64,000 bases of DNA from Octopus vulgaris (taxonomy: Eukaryota). The notes under the pieces are model-generated. The model searched no databases. It was not told where the DNA came from and saw only the letters and a list, made by a program, of their open reading frames with translations. The stretch spans positions 57,226,001 through 57,290,000 of the forward strand of contig OX597824.1 of the NCBI GenBank assembly GCA_951406725.2, in the 5' to 3' direction. Shown piece after piece: positions 28,436-42,671 of the stretch (the first letter of the stretch is position 1; each line of letters opens with the position of its first letter). Made by a program: the position numbers and the translations under genes.

Positions 28436-28687
28436 ATATATATATATGCATAATTGTGTATGAGCATTTATGTATGCATACATGCATACATGCAGATATA
28501 TATATATTTATATGTATGTGTTTTATATAATGTGGTTAGATGTTGTTATGCTTACGTGTGAAACACTAATGAGTTTAATACGCTTTTGCTGAAATCTTTT
28601 TAGAGCATTGAGTATAGATACGTGCACGTGCACGCGCATACAATATACATACACACAAATATGTACATACATAAATGTATGACCCCC

Positions 28688-29059
<372 letters not shown>

Positions 29060-29067
29060 GATACATA

Positions 29068-30010
29068 CGAGGGGCGTTCAATAAGTAATGCCCCTGACCC
29101 ACTTCCCATAGAAGTAGAGCAACGAAACTTGGCACAGTTATTAGTCTTTTTCTACATAGGAACCACCCAGAGTTACGCATTTCTCCCATCGTTTGATGCA
29201 GCTCTGGAGACCGTTTTTGTAGAAGACTCCAGCTTGTTCCTCCAACCACGACGTGACTTCAGAAATCAAGGCTGCATCATCTGGGAAACGCTTTCTTTTC
29301 AAAAACAACTTCATGGCAAGGAAGAGGTGAAAATCAGAGGGTGCAAGGCCAGGAGAGTAGGGGGGATGAGGGAGGAGTTCATAGCCGCACGCCTGTGCTT
29401 CTGATTTGGCGACACGCGAGTTGTGGACCAGAGCGTTGTCCTGCAGGAGGAGGATGCTTTGCTGATCTTGCCCCGCCTCTTGATTTTGATAGCTTCTCTT
29501 AATTTCCTCAAAAGTGAAGCATAATAGGCTCCTGTAACTGTGGTACCCTTTGCCAGGAAATCTGTCATCACTACTCCGTCCTGGTCCCAGAAGACTGTGA
29601 GCATAACCTTGCCAGCGGAGGGCTGCACCCTTGCCTTCTTTGGAGGAGGTGAGTCACGGTGCTTCCACTGCATTGACTGGGCTTTGGTCTATGGATCATA
29701 GTGATGGACCCAGGTTTCATCCTGTGTAATCAGTCTTTTGAAAATTTTTGACTCATCTTCTTGGCACATCTCCAAATTCATCCTCGAGCACTCGACGCGT
29801 TCTTGCTTCTGGAAAGGTGTGAGCAACCTGGGAATCCATCTGGCAGACACCTTTTTCATATGCAAATGGTCATGAATGATAGTTTCCACAGACCCGGTAT
29901 TAATCTTGACCTCATGAGCTATTTGGCAAATAGTTATGCGTCGATCTTCCAAAATGGCAGCCTCAACTTGACAGACAGATGCCTCATCAATGGCAGAAGG
30001 GGGGTGATCA
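29068..30010 (-). mobile_element. Mariner transposon remnant, one TIR retained
   Basis: DETWVHHYDP, SAGKVMLTVFWD and YSPxLAPSD-like motifs; TA followed by the TIR cgaggggcgttcaataag. Confidence 0.9.
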
Positions 30011-30110
30011 GATGTGACTAAGATGTTACGAAACACCTACATTGCTAGAAATAAGAGCTAGAGACTTCTAAAGCTGTCGTTCACGTACATGAATGAAAAC
30101 ATATATACAC

Positions 30111-30339
30111 TATTTCTTTACTACCCACGAGGGACTAAACACAGAGAGGACAAACAAGGACAGACAAACGGATTAAGCCGATTACATCGACCCCAGTGCG
30201 TAACTGGTACTTAATTTATCGACCCAGAAAGGATGAAAGGCAAAGTCGACCTCGGTGGAATTTGAACTCAGAACGTAACGGCAGACGAAATACGGCGACG
30301 CATTTCGGCGTGCTAACTTTTCTGCCAGCTCACCGCCTC
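30111..30339 (-). mobile_element. SINE family B with target-site duplication
   Basis: Reverse complement of 41637-41869; flanked by gaaaacatata(ta)cacta on both sides. Confidence 0.9.
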
Positions 30340-30395
30340 GAAAACATATACACTAACAGAGACATTAATTGTCCGACAAATGCTGATCAATAATT

Positions 30396-30444
30396 TTCAA
30401 TACAGACGTCAGTTTCGGCAATTTCCGCTGCCTCATCAGTTAAG
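30396..30444 (-). ncRNA. Type I hammerhead ribozyme
   Basis: CUUAA CUGAUGA GGCA..UGCC GAA ACUG ACGU CUGU A UUGAA. Confidence 0.75.
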
Positions 30445-31405
30445 CCTGCTCGATTGGTCCGCTCTTTCCGGGTCTACTTCGCTATTAGTACTTATTCTTT
30501 TGTCATCCAAGTTATTGGATGATTTAGTGATTCTCTAAAGTGTATATATAATATTAATATAAACAGCAATTTTCAATGTTTCACCAAAAAGGAGAATTAT
30601 AATTGTCAATAAATGTGACTAGGGTATTAGGAAATACCTACATTGCTAGAAATAGGAGCTAAAGCATTATAATGCTGTAGACAACGTACATGAATAATTA
30701 CTTATATACACTAACAGGGGTCTTAATTGTCCGAAAAATGCCGATCTAGCATTCTTAATACTGACGTCAGTTTCAGCAGTTTACGTTGCCTCATTTGTTA
30801 ATCTCGCAAACAGCTGTTTATATTAATTTTATATATACACATTAGCTAATCGCAAAATCCTATAATTTGGATGACGAAAACAAATACTAATAGCGAAGCA
30901 GGCCCGAAAAGAGCCGAACAATCGAGTAGGCTTCACTGATGAGACAACAGAAATTTTCGAAACTGACGTCAGTAGTAAGAAATCTCGAGTGGCATTTTTC
31001 GGACAATGAAGGTTTCTGTTAGTGTAGATGTTTTCATTCATGTGCGTTAACTACAACATTAGAGTGCTTCAGCTTTTATTTCTAGCAACGTAGGTGCTTC
31101 TTAACACGCTCGTTACGTTTAGTGACAATTATAATTCTCCTTTTTGGTGAAATATTGTAAACTGCTGTTTACATTAATTATATATATATTCGTTTGTTTG
31201 TTTTTTCTCATTTGTTCTCTTGTTTGTTTGATTTCCCGTATTGTATTCTCTTTTTATTTCTCGTCTTGTATTTTTTTGTACATGTATTTTTATCTTGTAT
31301 TTTATTGTACAGTTTTATTGTTACATCCTGTTTGTGTTCTTACCCGTTTTACCCCGCTGCTTGGAATATTATTTTAATTCTCTCGCAGGAAGGTCTTTTG
31401 ACGAT

Positions 31406-31463
31406 GTGTCCTGTCTTGCCTTCGAAACACGCCTGAGTTAACTAGCGACAGCTGATGACGGTG
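31406..31463 (+). ncRNA. Candidate non-circularly permuted hammerhead, copy 1
   Basis: GUGUC^ CUGUC uug cCUUC GAAACAC ... GACAG CUGAUGA cGGUG. Confidence 0.65.
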
Positions 31464-31652
31464 GATTTTTCCTCGTTTAGCATGTCCTGTACTTGTTTTC
31501 TTGTTGTAAATTTTTCGTTTTTCCCGTTTCTACGTCTTGTTGTGGTGTCCTGTACTTACGTATATTTATTTATATATGCATGTATATATACATGTAGATG
31601 TAGGTACGTACATATATGTTTGTATGTATGCATATATTTTTATTTATTACAT

Positions 31653-31683
<31 letters not shown>

Positions 31684-31689
31684 TATTCG

Positions 31690-31860
31690 TAGAAAAACAT
31701 AAGAGGAAGACAAATGTATAAACAACAAACTGGTATATTAGTTTGACACTCAGGAAGGTCTTTTAAGTTTCGAGTCTACGCTCTTCAATAGAAAGGAACA
31801 TGAAGAAATAAACAGAGAGGGAATAAAAAAAACTTATGGAGTTAGCGGTCAATCATGGTG
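31690..31860 (-). mobile_element. Degenerate copy of the minimal-HHR short element
   Basis: gacactcaggaagg and gtttcgagtctacgctcttc resemble 21270-21335. Confidence 0.55.
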
Positions 31861-32067
31861 ACCTATATATGTATGAGTGCACCATTTTTAGGAAAGATCC
31901 AGGGGAATAATTACAAGGTAGCTAAATGTTGCTTAAGTGTCCCAGGAAAAAATGGTCACACTTATGTGGGATTTGATTCCGGGGAGAAGCGAGACGTATT
32001 TAGGAGAATGTAGGAAAAATTGAAAATGGTGACAAACGCTCAAGCTGTTATTAAATCATTTATATCC

Positions 32068-32165
32068 TTATATCGTCGACATATGTTTCGATGTATGCAT
32101 TCAAAATACATCCGACAGGATGAATAATGATCAGTAATGCATCAATCTCATCAGAGCGGATATAA
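32068..32165 (-). ncRNA. Type I hammerhead ribozyme
   Basis: UUAUAUC..CUGAUGA GAU..AUGCAUU/AAUGCAU..AUC GAAAC AUAU GUC ..GAUAUAA. Confidence 0.75.
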
Positions 32166-32296
32166 ACAACTGAGCTCATCAAATAGACATTTTAACAGGT
32201 ATAAGAAGCTACAAAGAATGTGCACATAAGAAGCTACAGAGAATATGCACATAAGTACGCGCACACGCGTACATGCATGTATGTATACCTACATTT

Positions 32297-32338
<42 letters not shown>

Positions 32339-33289
32339 CATACATGTACACACATAAACATCTACATATATACACATCCACACATAAGTATACATATATA
32401 CACACATACATGCATACACAGACACACATAAACACATACACATATTGGTACACACACAGTATATATACTTACAGAAACATATACAGATATACACGCATAT
32501 ACATGGATGGAAAGCTAAGTAGTGAAGGGACGGTAAAATTTTAAAATGCCATTAAGGAGATATACTTCATAGGATGAGAGAAGAGAAAATATAGATAAAT
32601 AGGGAGGGAAAAGGAGAGAACAAAGTTAAGAGAGAGAGAGGGAGAGAGAAAGAGAGAGAGAGAGGAGAGAGGACTGAAAAATTGGATAGATAAAAGATAT
32701 GAAGAAAAGATGAAGGGAAGAATAAAGGTTATGGGAAGTAAGAATAAAGAATACAAAAAAATGTAATTTGAAGAAATTATTATTAGGTAAGGTGTAAATA
32801 TTAAAAAAAAGCGAAATAGTGTTTTTTCCAATGTGAACAGCTGTAAACTCGCTCTGTTAACGTGTTCACCAGTTTATGTTCATCAGCAACAACAATATGA
32901 GAGGCATCACCCGCCAGCAATACCATCAATCATCACCGAGCCAACAGCGAAACTTCTATGCGATGGTTTGAACTGCGAGAAATAGATGTCAATTTTTTCT
33001 CAAATCATACTTAATGAAAGGACATGTTGAAAATTGTGGTTTTGGGTCCCATGTACATAAAACTGGGATTGTCATGGTGTGACTGTGATCATGGATAGGT
33101 TTGCCTGCGTTCAGTCTACTGCCGGACGAAGGCCTCAATATGTTCTCTCCACCAACCACGGTCTGATGCGGAAGCCGTGAATTTGAACTTGAGACCATAC
33201 TGGTTTAATGAGCCTATGTTGTCACAACATCGCTTGGCTCGATATTGCTTGGTAGAGAGATGCAGTTACCCTGGAGTAGTTAATCCAAT

Positions 33290-33432
33290 TACATCAACCC
33301 CAGTGCTCAACTGGTACTTATTTTATCTATCCTGAAAAGATGAAAGGCAAATTTGAACTCAGAAGGTAAGGAAGGACGAAATACTGCCAAGCATTTCGCC
33401 AGGCGTGCTAACGATACTGCCAGTTCGCCGTC
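33290..33432 (-). mobile_element. SINE family B fragment
   Basis: cccagtgctcaactggtactta and tttgaactcagaa match family B. Confidence 0.7.
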
Positions 33433-34110
33433 TTTATGTTCATAAGGCTGCTCAATTGGCTTTCACCTGGGGCTAAACAGGAACGTCCAATAATGACCAC
33501 CACCATCATTAGTACTATTAAAGCCGCCGGAACCACCACCACGACAACAACAATGGCTAAATCAATATAAGTTGTACATTTTGGAATTTTTTATGTTGTT
33601 ACTCTTGTCCACATCAGAACTACTGACAGCAGATCCTGTAGGAACCAGCCGCATTACCATAAACATATAGGTAGATGAGGTGGTGGGAGTTTTAGAATTC
33701 CTTTGGAAACCTCTGACCTCTAATCTCTCGCAAACTTATGGCATGACACAATGTACTCTGTTCGGGAGGATAATGTAAATATCTCCGGTCTCAAGCCTTC
33801 AATAGATTTCACTGAAATCTGTTGACAGCCATGTTAGAAGCTAGATACAAATTTGATACACCGAATCGAGCGTGTTATTGCATCGTACTATCTTTTCATA
33901 TGCACATACAAATCTACGCGCGCGCACACAAACACAGACACACGCGCGCACACTCACATTTACATATACACTCAAGTACACGCACATGCACACAGCATAC
34001 ACATACATATATGTACGTATATAAACAAATTGTATGAGAGATGATGATGAAATATAATGATGATGATGATGATGATGATGATAGTGATAATGATGAAGAT
34101 GATGATGGTG

Positions 34111-34168
<58 letters not shown>

Positions 34169-34170
34169 TG

Positions 34171-34243
<73 letters not shown>

Positions 34244-34646
34244 TAATAATACGAAGAGGAGCGCCAGCCTTGACAGCGGCTGGACGTGTTCCTCGCTGCT
34301 CTGACAGTTCAGTAGCCGAAAGCCATAGAAATACTAATATGACCCAGTTTAGCAACGGGGGAAAATAACTCTCAAAGACTGGAATATCTACAATATCCTG
34401 TGAGTATTTAAAATTCTCTTCAAAATAAGTTTTAAAATTTACAAATTTACATATCTACAGTTTTCAATCACACAATCGATCAGCTTTAAAAACTTTAATA
34501 CCCACAATTGCCTCTGTAAACATCCCTTTTTTTTCTTCTTTCTAAAAACATCACGCTTTTCTTTGTGTGGACTTACAAAAGACTATCTTTGGTGAACCTT
34601 AAAACTTTCTATGAAAATATGACTTTTCTTTGCTTCCTCCCTTGAA

Positions 34647-36075
34647 TAAATGAAGGCTCTGGTATTCAGCATGCAAGCATGAAAGAGAAGGTTAGGAAAA
34701 AATGTTATAGAAAAGTTCGAGCAGTCCTGAAGTCTGAGCTGAATGCATATAATAAGGTTTTAGCCATAAATTCCTTAGCAGTACCAGTTATTCTTTATAG
34801 CTTCAATGTGCTTAACTGGAATACCAGTGAAATAAGAAAATTGACAGAAAAATCCGCAAGCTACTAACTTGTAATAAGATGCCCCATCCAAAGGCAGACG
34901 TGGATCGCCTTTACCTTCCCTGAGCTCAGGGAGGTCGAGGTTTGATCCAGCTTGAACTTACATACAAAACTACCACAATCGGACTGGCCAAATACCTTGA
35001 ATCAACCAACGATTGGATGCTAAAACTTGTTGTAAAACATGAAAGACCTAAAAAACTTCACTCTATTCTCAAAGAGAGCAAAAAATTCGCTGCTGATCTC
35101 TTAGATACCCACCAGATTGATCAGGCTGAAGAAAATGCGCCAGCTGCAGCTGCAAAGAAAATAAAATTAATTGCAAAGACAAAGCACATGGGAACAGCCG
35201 TAGCAAACAAGCTGATGTCGACCAGAAACACACGCACCAATGGTTACGAAGTTCAGGGCTAAAAGCAGAAAGTGAAGGTTTCATATTAGCTGCTCAAGAC
35301 CAAAGCTTATTTACCTGGAACTACCAAGCCAATGTGATGAAAAATGGAGCTGACCTAAAATGCCGATTCTGTATCGATGAGATTGAAACAATAGACCACC
35401 TAATCTCAGAGTGTAGAGTCTTAGCACCTGCAAAATATAAAGCAAGACATGACAGAGTCGGCCTGTATTTACAATAAAATCAAAGCCGCTAACAAATGGT
35501 ATAAACACCATCCTAAAGCTGTGACTGAGGGAGAAAATGTGTCGATTCTATGGGACTTCCCCGTGCAGACCAACAGGACTATAAAAGCTAATAGACCAGG
35601 TATTATTATAAAAGATCAGACAAAAAGGATGTGTTTATTAATTGACATGAGTATTCCCTGTGTTCACAATATAGCGGCGAAAGAATTTGACAAGATTAGT
35701 AAATATAAAGACCTGCTAATGGAAATTGAAAAAATGTGGCATCTCAAGGCGACTACAGTACCAGTGATTGTAGGATCTCTGGAAATGATAAAAAAAGGTA
35801 CTGAAACCTATTTGAAAATGATTCCAGGCTTGCCATCCCTAGAGGAAGTGCAAAAAATTGTATTAACTGGAACGGCTCATGTACTGAGAAGAGCACTATC
35901 GCTGTGAAAATAACATCCATCCATGAATCTATTTATTTATTAATTTTTAAATATATATTTTATCTGTGAATTTGCGCATGTAATCTGGGAATTCATACAA
36001 TGCCCTTCTCTGCCCTAGGTGTATGGAAAACACTCGGCGAGAAACGGAAGAAAATTTGAAGAAAGAAGGAAAAAA
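34647..36075 (+). mobile_element. Degenerate R4/Dong LINE 3' half
   Basis: ORFs 34679, 34942 and 35449 are colinear with 1308-2606; (AAT)n tail. Confidence 0.9.
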
Positions 36076-36139
36076 CATGATAATAATAATAATCATAATT
36101 ATAACAACAACAACAACAATAATAATAATAATAAAGGCT

Positions 36140-37400
36140 CGTATAGTTAATAATACAAACCCAAATTAATGTCCATTCATGGCTTATTTCAAAACTTTAC
36201 CTGCAACGATGAGGATTTCAATAAAGAGCATTTTTTATTTCTACTATTGTATACAGGTGCAAATGTTAGTATTTCCCAATCTAATTTAAAATCTATGTTT
36301 TTACTCTTGAGTTCCCAGATATACGTACTTAACCCCGTAGAGTTCATCCTATTTTTATTTTTAAATGTATATCTATGATAGTTTAGCCGTTGTTTTATAC
36401 TATTTTTAGTCGCACTAATGTACACCCTGCTATTGTATTGTGTATTTACAGTGCATTGGTAAACCACTTCTCTCCTCAGGCATTTATTACCAAACATACA
36501 TTGATTCTTGCTTCTGCAATTGCAGCCATTATCAGATTGAAGAGATTTAACCCTGGCAGAAATCTCCGTAGCCCTAAACAATAGAACTATTAGAATAGGA
36601 TATAGTATCACGAATAATCTAGCCACCATCATCTCCTCCTTCAACAACAAGAAATTAGATTGCTTCTATAATGATAGAAAGACAAACATGGGTAGTAGTG
36701 AAAATAAGTGCAATAATCAAAGCCGGCCAACCCATTATTAACAGCAATAATGAGCGAAATTTTTTTTGCCTTCACAAATTGGCGTACACTTTCTCTAGAT
36801 TTAAATAACATCTAATTCTTCTACCAGTAATCTTTTAGATATACTTTTAAAAATAAAAATAGGATGAACTCTACGGGGTTAAGTACGTATATCTGGGAAC
36901 TCAAGAGTAAAAACATAGATTTTAAATTAGATTGGGAAATACTAACATCTGCACCTGTATACAATAGTAGAAATAAAAAATGCTCTTTATGTATCAATGA
37001 AATTTTCTTTATCATCAAAGCCGGCCAACCCATTATTAACAGCATTAATGAGCGAAATTTTTTTTTGCCTTCACAAATTGGCGTACACTTTCTCTAGATT
37101 TAAATAACATCTAATTCTTCTACCAGTAATCTTTTAGCATTCCTCTATATAGGACTGTTCTATTGGTCCTTACAATTTATAACTTTGTGTCTCCATATGT
37201 GTGTTCTATATTGATTGTTTCTGTCCCGACTGAAAAATATACAAAAATATATAGTTATTCTGATATATGCATGATATTCGGAACCCCACAGAGTCTTTTA
37301 TCTGTGTAGGGTGTATAAACGCATCATACATTTGGGCACTAGTTTAAGTTTTTGTTATACCAATATGTAATATGTGAGAGTCTATAATTAGTATAAGTTG
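36140..37400. mobile_element. Rearranged PLE GIY-YIG region with inverted and tandem duplications
   Basis: ORF 36189-36650 (-) CNCR..C..C, VVYQC, RVYISAT; inverted copy in ORF 36864-37097 (+); 36716-36838 repeated at 37015-37137. Confidence 0.88.
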
Positions 37401-37779
37401 TCTATCCCGATGAGCATATAAGGTTTTTTTTTAACGGTTGGTTTGTTGGGGGTTGTTGTATTTCTGCTGCACAAGCGTGGGCTCGGGTGGCGCTGCACCG
37501 AAGTTTGTGCGCCCGCGCATGTGCATCAACGCGTGCACTCTCGCGTGCAGCGCTTGCGGACATTCGCGTGTACTTGTACGTGTGTTCTGGTGTACATCTC
37601 GGTGATCGTGTGTAAGTGTGGGCCCAGCTATGAATTCGCGTGACCGTGCGGGGGCGTGCATGTACATATATGTGCATGTGGATGCATTTCGGCGTATCCA
37701 CTTATATTTACTATATTAGGTTTATCTTTGTGCTCTCCTTAATTTGTATTCCATTTTATTTATCTATTTATCTATACAT

Positions 37780-37835
<56 letters not shown>

Positions 37836-38987
37836 TTATATTTATTTATTTAATTATTTATTTTTGTTTATTTGGCACTTACTAACTTATGATCAATTTA
37901 ATTTAATATATAATTAATGAACTTATATCTAAGTTAATAGTAACTTCTGTTTACTTTTTGTGTATGTATATATACGTCTTTGGATGGGCAGACATATATT
38001 TTAATTTATGATTTAGTGGATGTGGGTTGAGGTGTCGAGGTGTGTGAAAATGTGTATGTGTACGTATGTATGTTTTTGTACGTATAGGTATGTTCGAGGG
38101 TGGATGTACGGATGTATGTTTTTCTTATACATATGAGTACGCAGGTGCGTATTTGGATATGTATATATGTATATGCAAATATTTATTCATGGGTGGATAT
38201 AAGTATAGGTTTTATTTGTACGTATGAGTGCACAGACATATATTTAAATATGTATATATGTGTGTGTGAATGTTCCCTGATACTGTATATGAGAGTGTAT
38301 TAATATTTATGAGTATATGCGGATGTGCGTGTGAGTGTGTGTGTTAGTGCATAGACTGCTGCCTGTACTGATTTGTCTATAAGCCATGCGATGACAGACA
38401 TGCACTCCGCAATCTAGTGAATGTGTAGGGATGTGTCGGGGTGTATTCATGTGTGTGTCCATGTGTGTGTGGGTTTTATGTGGACGTGTGGGTTTAGGGT
38501 TGGATGTGGATGTGTATGTTTTTCTTGTGCGGTGTGGTGGAGGTCGGGCGGCTCTCAACGGACCAACCATGAGGTAGACAATGATAATTTAAATTCAAAT
38601 CCAATAGTGTATTTATGTCATAAGGAAAATTACTAACTGGAACCCGGACATACATATGTGCCACTTCAGATCCTAATGTAAGCGTTATTAATAATATTAT
38701 GTATGATAATAATGGTAGCATTAATGGTATTGACAACGATAATGATGCTAACTTTAATGACACTTTGGAAATTAGTAGGAAGTAATATAATGTACTATTG
38801 ACTATGTATGTTTGCATCTAGGTACTATTATGTGTATGTTTATTATCACAATATTAAGTTGAAGAACTGAAACGTTGAATATGGAACATATATATGTTTA
38901 CTAATTTATATTATTTATTTACATTATTATGTATATGTATATTTTTATGTGTATAGGAGTGTGAGTATATGCACTCATATGTATATG

Positions 38988-39120
38988 TATATCCCCGAGG
39001 AGGCCTTATGATATTTTTGTAAATGTCTCATTTATATCTATATATTGACCTGCCATAAAAGGCTAATATTGGTAAAATGAGACATACTTATCTACATGGC
39101 CGAAACAGCTGTAAGATGTA
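38988..39120 (+). ncRNA. Type I hammerhead with extended stem II (core variant CCGAGGA), downstream of a degenerate GIY-YIG remnant at ~38590-38675
   Basis: uauauc(c) CCGAGGA GGCC..augucucauuu/aaaugagacau..GGCC GAAAC AGCU GUA (a)gaugua. Confidence 0.65.
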
Positions 39121-39598
39121 ATCTATACTTATATTTATATTTACTTATATTTATATTCTTTCTCTTTTATATTTTTTATATATATTCTACTTATTATACA
39201 ACATTAGTCTTTTATGTACACTTTTTATGTACATTCCTTTATGTACACTGATTTGTTCTGCTTTTTTATGTTTAACCCTACATTCTTTTAAGAGGTGGTT
39301 TAATAAAGTATGTGATTGAGTATTATCTGGTAATTGATATTTGATTTAGATGTATTTCTCCATTTTCTTATCTTGTATATATACACACACACATATATAT
39401 ATATATATATCTGAGACTTGCTATACACCTACCTGGACTTATCTCCCAACTTTGATAATTATATATATAGGAGTTGCTGTGTGATAAGTAGCTTGGGCAA
39501 GTGTCTTATACTATAGCCTTGGGCCGACCAAAACCTTGTGAGTCGATTCGGTAGACGGAAACTGAAAGAAGTACGTCATATATATATATAAATATATA

Positions 39599-39730
39599 CT
39601 AGCATTAAAGACCCGTCGTTGCCGGGTCATAGTGCTAGTGCGTGTATATATGTGTATATATATGTGTACATATTACATGTACATCTATATATATATATAT
39701 ACATCTACACGTAAAATACAAAATACAAAG

Positions 39731-39764
<34 letters not shown>

Positions 39765-40242
39765 TAGCATTAAAGACCCGTCTTTCCCGGGTCATAGTGT
39801 TAGTGCATGTATATATGTGTATATATATGTGTACATATTACAACACCAGTTTACGCAAAAGTTCCAAATGAAAACTCACGTTCTGTTTGCGGTTTTAGAC
39901 AATTAGAAAGGCACTTCATCAAAATTACATCAACGGTGTGTCACTCCAATGTCTAAAACCGCAAACACTACGTGAATTGTCATTTGGGATTTTTGCGTAA
40001 CTTGGCGTAGAAAATAGAGTTGGTATGAAAACAATTGTAACTTAGAATTAAAGATGTGTTTAAAAATTTTTTGTCTTCTTTTCATTTACTCTTCGCCAAA
40101 CCCATTTTACGATATAATTATCGTGAAACTTTCTACACTTGAAGAATTCCGGCTTTGGCCAGGAACCTTACAGTGTTGATAGCCCAGTATTTGGGCCGAG
40201 TGCTTCTCTGGAAATACCCAAGCTTCACACCTCACCTGACCT

Positions 40243-40283
<41 letters not shown>

Positions 40284-41439
40284 TAGCATTAAAGACCCGT
40301 CGTTGCCGGGTCATAGTGCTAGTGCATGTATATATGTGTATATATATGTGTACATATTACATGTACATCTATATATATACATCTACACATAAAATACAAA
40401 ATACAAAGTTATATCTTGATATCGCTAGTGATAACAATACTCAAAATATATAACAGACTGGAATTGTTAGCCCATCTCTTGTAATTTCGATCAATTGTAT
40501 TTTGTTCTCCCTCTTGTATAGAAGTGTGGCTACAATCCAGCCTACCTCTACTTCTGGGGCAGGGCGGGCATTTTAAATTTTTTTCCGGGGCGTCCTACGT
40601 CCCAGATATAAAGGTAAAAATAAAATATTTCCACTTTGCAAGTTCGAGTCGAGTACTCCCTTGCACGCTCCGTTGACTCGAACCTTGCTTCTATTGTGGC
40701 GAATTTACCGCCTCTGATTAGATACCTTTCATAGTCGCACCAAGACACTTTTCGAAGGTGCTTTCCTCCATGTGTTCAAATCTTCTTTTTTTTCTACATT
40801 CTATACTTTATAGACAATAGTCTTTTCTTTAATTTATCCATCTGGACTATTCCATTTCTGCACGCTAATTTTCTTTTTAATTTATTCCCATTCATGTGAA
40901 ACCACTTATTCAAGTTCAAATCATTGTTGCAATTTTATACCAATTACTATTTTTACTTATATTATACTTTAGTTTGATTTTAATTATTACTTACTACATA
41001 TAATTCAATTGTTATTATTATTTTTATTCTTAAAGTGAATGTATCTGACATAAAATAGAGAAACGTTTTTGTTTCACTTTTAACACGTAATACTGAAATA
41101 GTGGAGAAGATATGATATTGCTATGGGCTCGCTCTAGGCAAGAAGTTGAACATTTTTTTGCCCATGAAACTACATGGACCCTAAGTAAGGCATGTGTAAA
41201 ATTTGAAATTGGTTGTGTAGTTCTCAAGTTTTAGGGAATCGTAGTGGAGAAGATATGATATTGCTGTGGGCTCGCCCTAGGCAAAAAGTTCAAAACTTTT
41301 TTGCCGATGACACTCCCCGGACCCTAAGTAAGGCATGTGTAAAATTTGAATGAAATTGGTTGTGTAGTTCTCAAGTTTTAGGGAAACATACAAACAGACA
41401 GACAGACACACATTCTCAGTTTTATATATATAAAGACGA
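39599..41439 (-). mobile_element. Non-autonomous Helitron-like element with three 3' ends
   Basis: 5' TC plus (TGTC)n near 41439; hairpin gacccggcaacgacgggtc followed by CTAG at 39599, 39764 and 40283; ~140-bp internal tandem at 41100-41380. Confidence 0.75.
39841..40010. mobile_element. MITE-like foldback, ~170 bp
   Basis: ttacgcaaaa..caaatga..tcacgt..tgtttgcggttttagaca versus its reverse complement. Confidence 0.75.
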
Positions 41440-41452
41440 TGAAGGTGGAGTG

Positions 41453-42230
41453 AAGGTGCGTGGCTTAGTGGGTAGGGCAATTGGCTCACGATCGTAAGGT
41501 TGTGTCCTTGAGCAATTCACTTTATTTCACGTTGCTTCAGTCAACTCAGCAGGCAAGAATGATTCGTACCTGTATTTCAAAGGGCCGGACTTGTCACACA
41601 TTGTGCCACGCTGAATCTCCCTGAGAATTACCTTAAGGCAGCGAGATCGCAGAAACGTTAGCACGCCGAGCGAAATGCTAAGCGGTATTTCGTCTGCCGT
41701 TACGTTCTGAGTTCAAATTCCGACGAGGTCGACTTTGTCTTTCATCCTTTCCGGGTCGATAAATTAAGTACCAGTTACGCACTGGGGTCGATGTAATCGA
41801 CTTAATCCGTTTGTCTGTCCTTGTTTGTCCCTTCTGTGTTTAGCCCCTTGTGGGTAGTAAAGAAATAGGCACACGTGTCTGAGGAGTGCTCAGCCACTTG
41901 CACGTTAATTTCACGAGCAAGCTGTTCCGTTGATCGTATCAACTGGGACCCTTATCGTCGTAACTAACGGAGTGCTGATAGAGCGAAGGTGGAGCATAGC
42001 TTAGTGGTTGGGGTGTTGTACTCACGATTGCGAGATCGTGACTTCGATTCCCGGAGAGGGAATTGCATTGTGGTCTTGAACAAAACACTTCATTTCACGT
42101 TGTTCTGCGACCATTTCGTCATCTGACAAGTAACACGTGGTGCACCTGTACAAGTAACGTCGAAATACTGTGTGGTTGCTCAGCAAGGAATTACAGGATC
42201 CTCATACGTCGTCTAGCGACGGGATGTTAC
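41453..42230 (+). mobile_element. SINE cluster: a tRNA-SINE (41453-41975) with nested family B SINE (41637-41869), followed by another tRNA-SINE (41987-42230)
   Basis: A-box-like tggcttagtgg / tagcttagtgg, B-box-like cttcgattccc, and a gtgtccttgagcaa core motif. Confidence 0.75.
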
Positions 42231-42635
42231 ATTATATATATATGTGTGTGTGTGTGTATGTGTGTGTGTGTGTGGGGTGTATGTGTGTGTATGTATGTGT
42301 GTTTGTATGTGTGTGTTTGTGTGTATGTATGGGGAGTAATAGAGAAGTAAAGAGATAAAATTCAATAGCAATCAAAGAATATGTAATCAAAGAATATAGC
42401 AAGTGAAGGGAACAGAAGAGGATATAATGTTATAATGACAACCCGTTAACTTCATTATTATATTATATTATATTATATTATATTATATTATATCATATTA
42501 TATTATATTATATTGTATTATATTATATATCATATGTGCTGGTATGTGAGTATATGGGAACGAGTGTGCTTGCACTTGCTAACATGTATCCATATGCTTA
42601 CGGGTATTTGGACATTTCTATACATACATATATAC

Positions 42636-42671
<36 letters not shown>

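Larger units (their letters stand above)
30030..31185. mobile_element. ~350-bp hammerhead-bearing unit in tandem (-) plus an inverted (+) copy; retrozyme- or pLTR-like
   Basis: acctacattgctagaaata at ~30036 and ~30636; inverted copy 30812-31185 is terminally redundant; HHR cores at 30396-30444 (-), ~30755-30803 (-, degenerate) and 30931-30980 (+). Confidence 0.8.

Noticed and set aside
41453-42060. tRNA-like A/B boxes
   Set aside because: SINE heads without a complete cloverleaf; not tRNA genes
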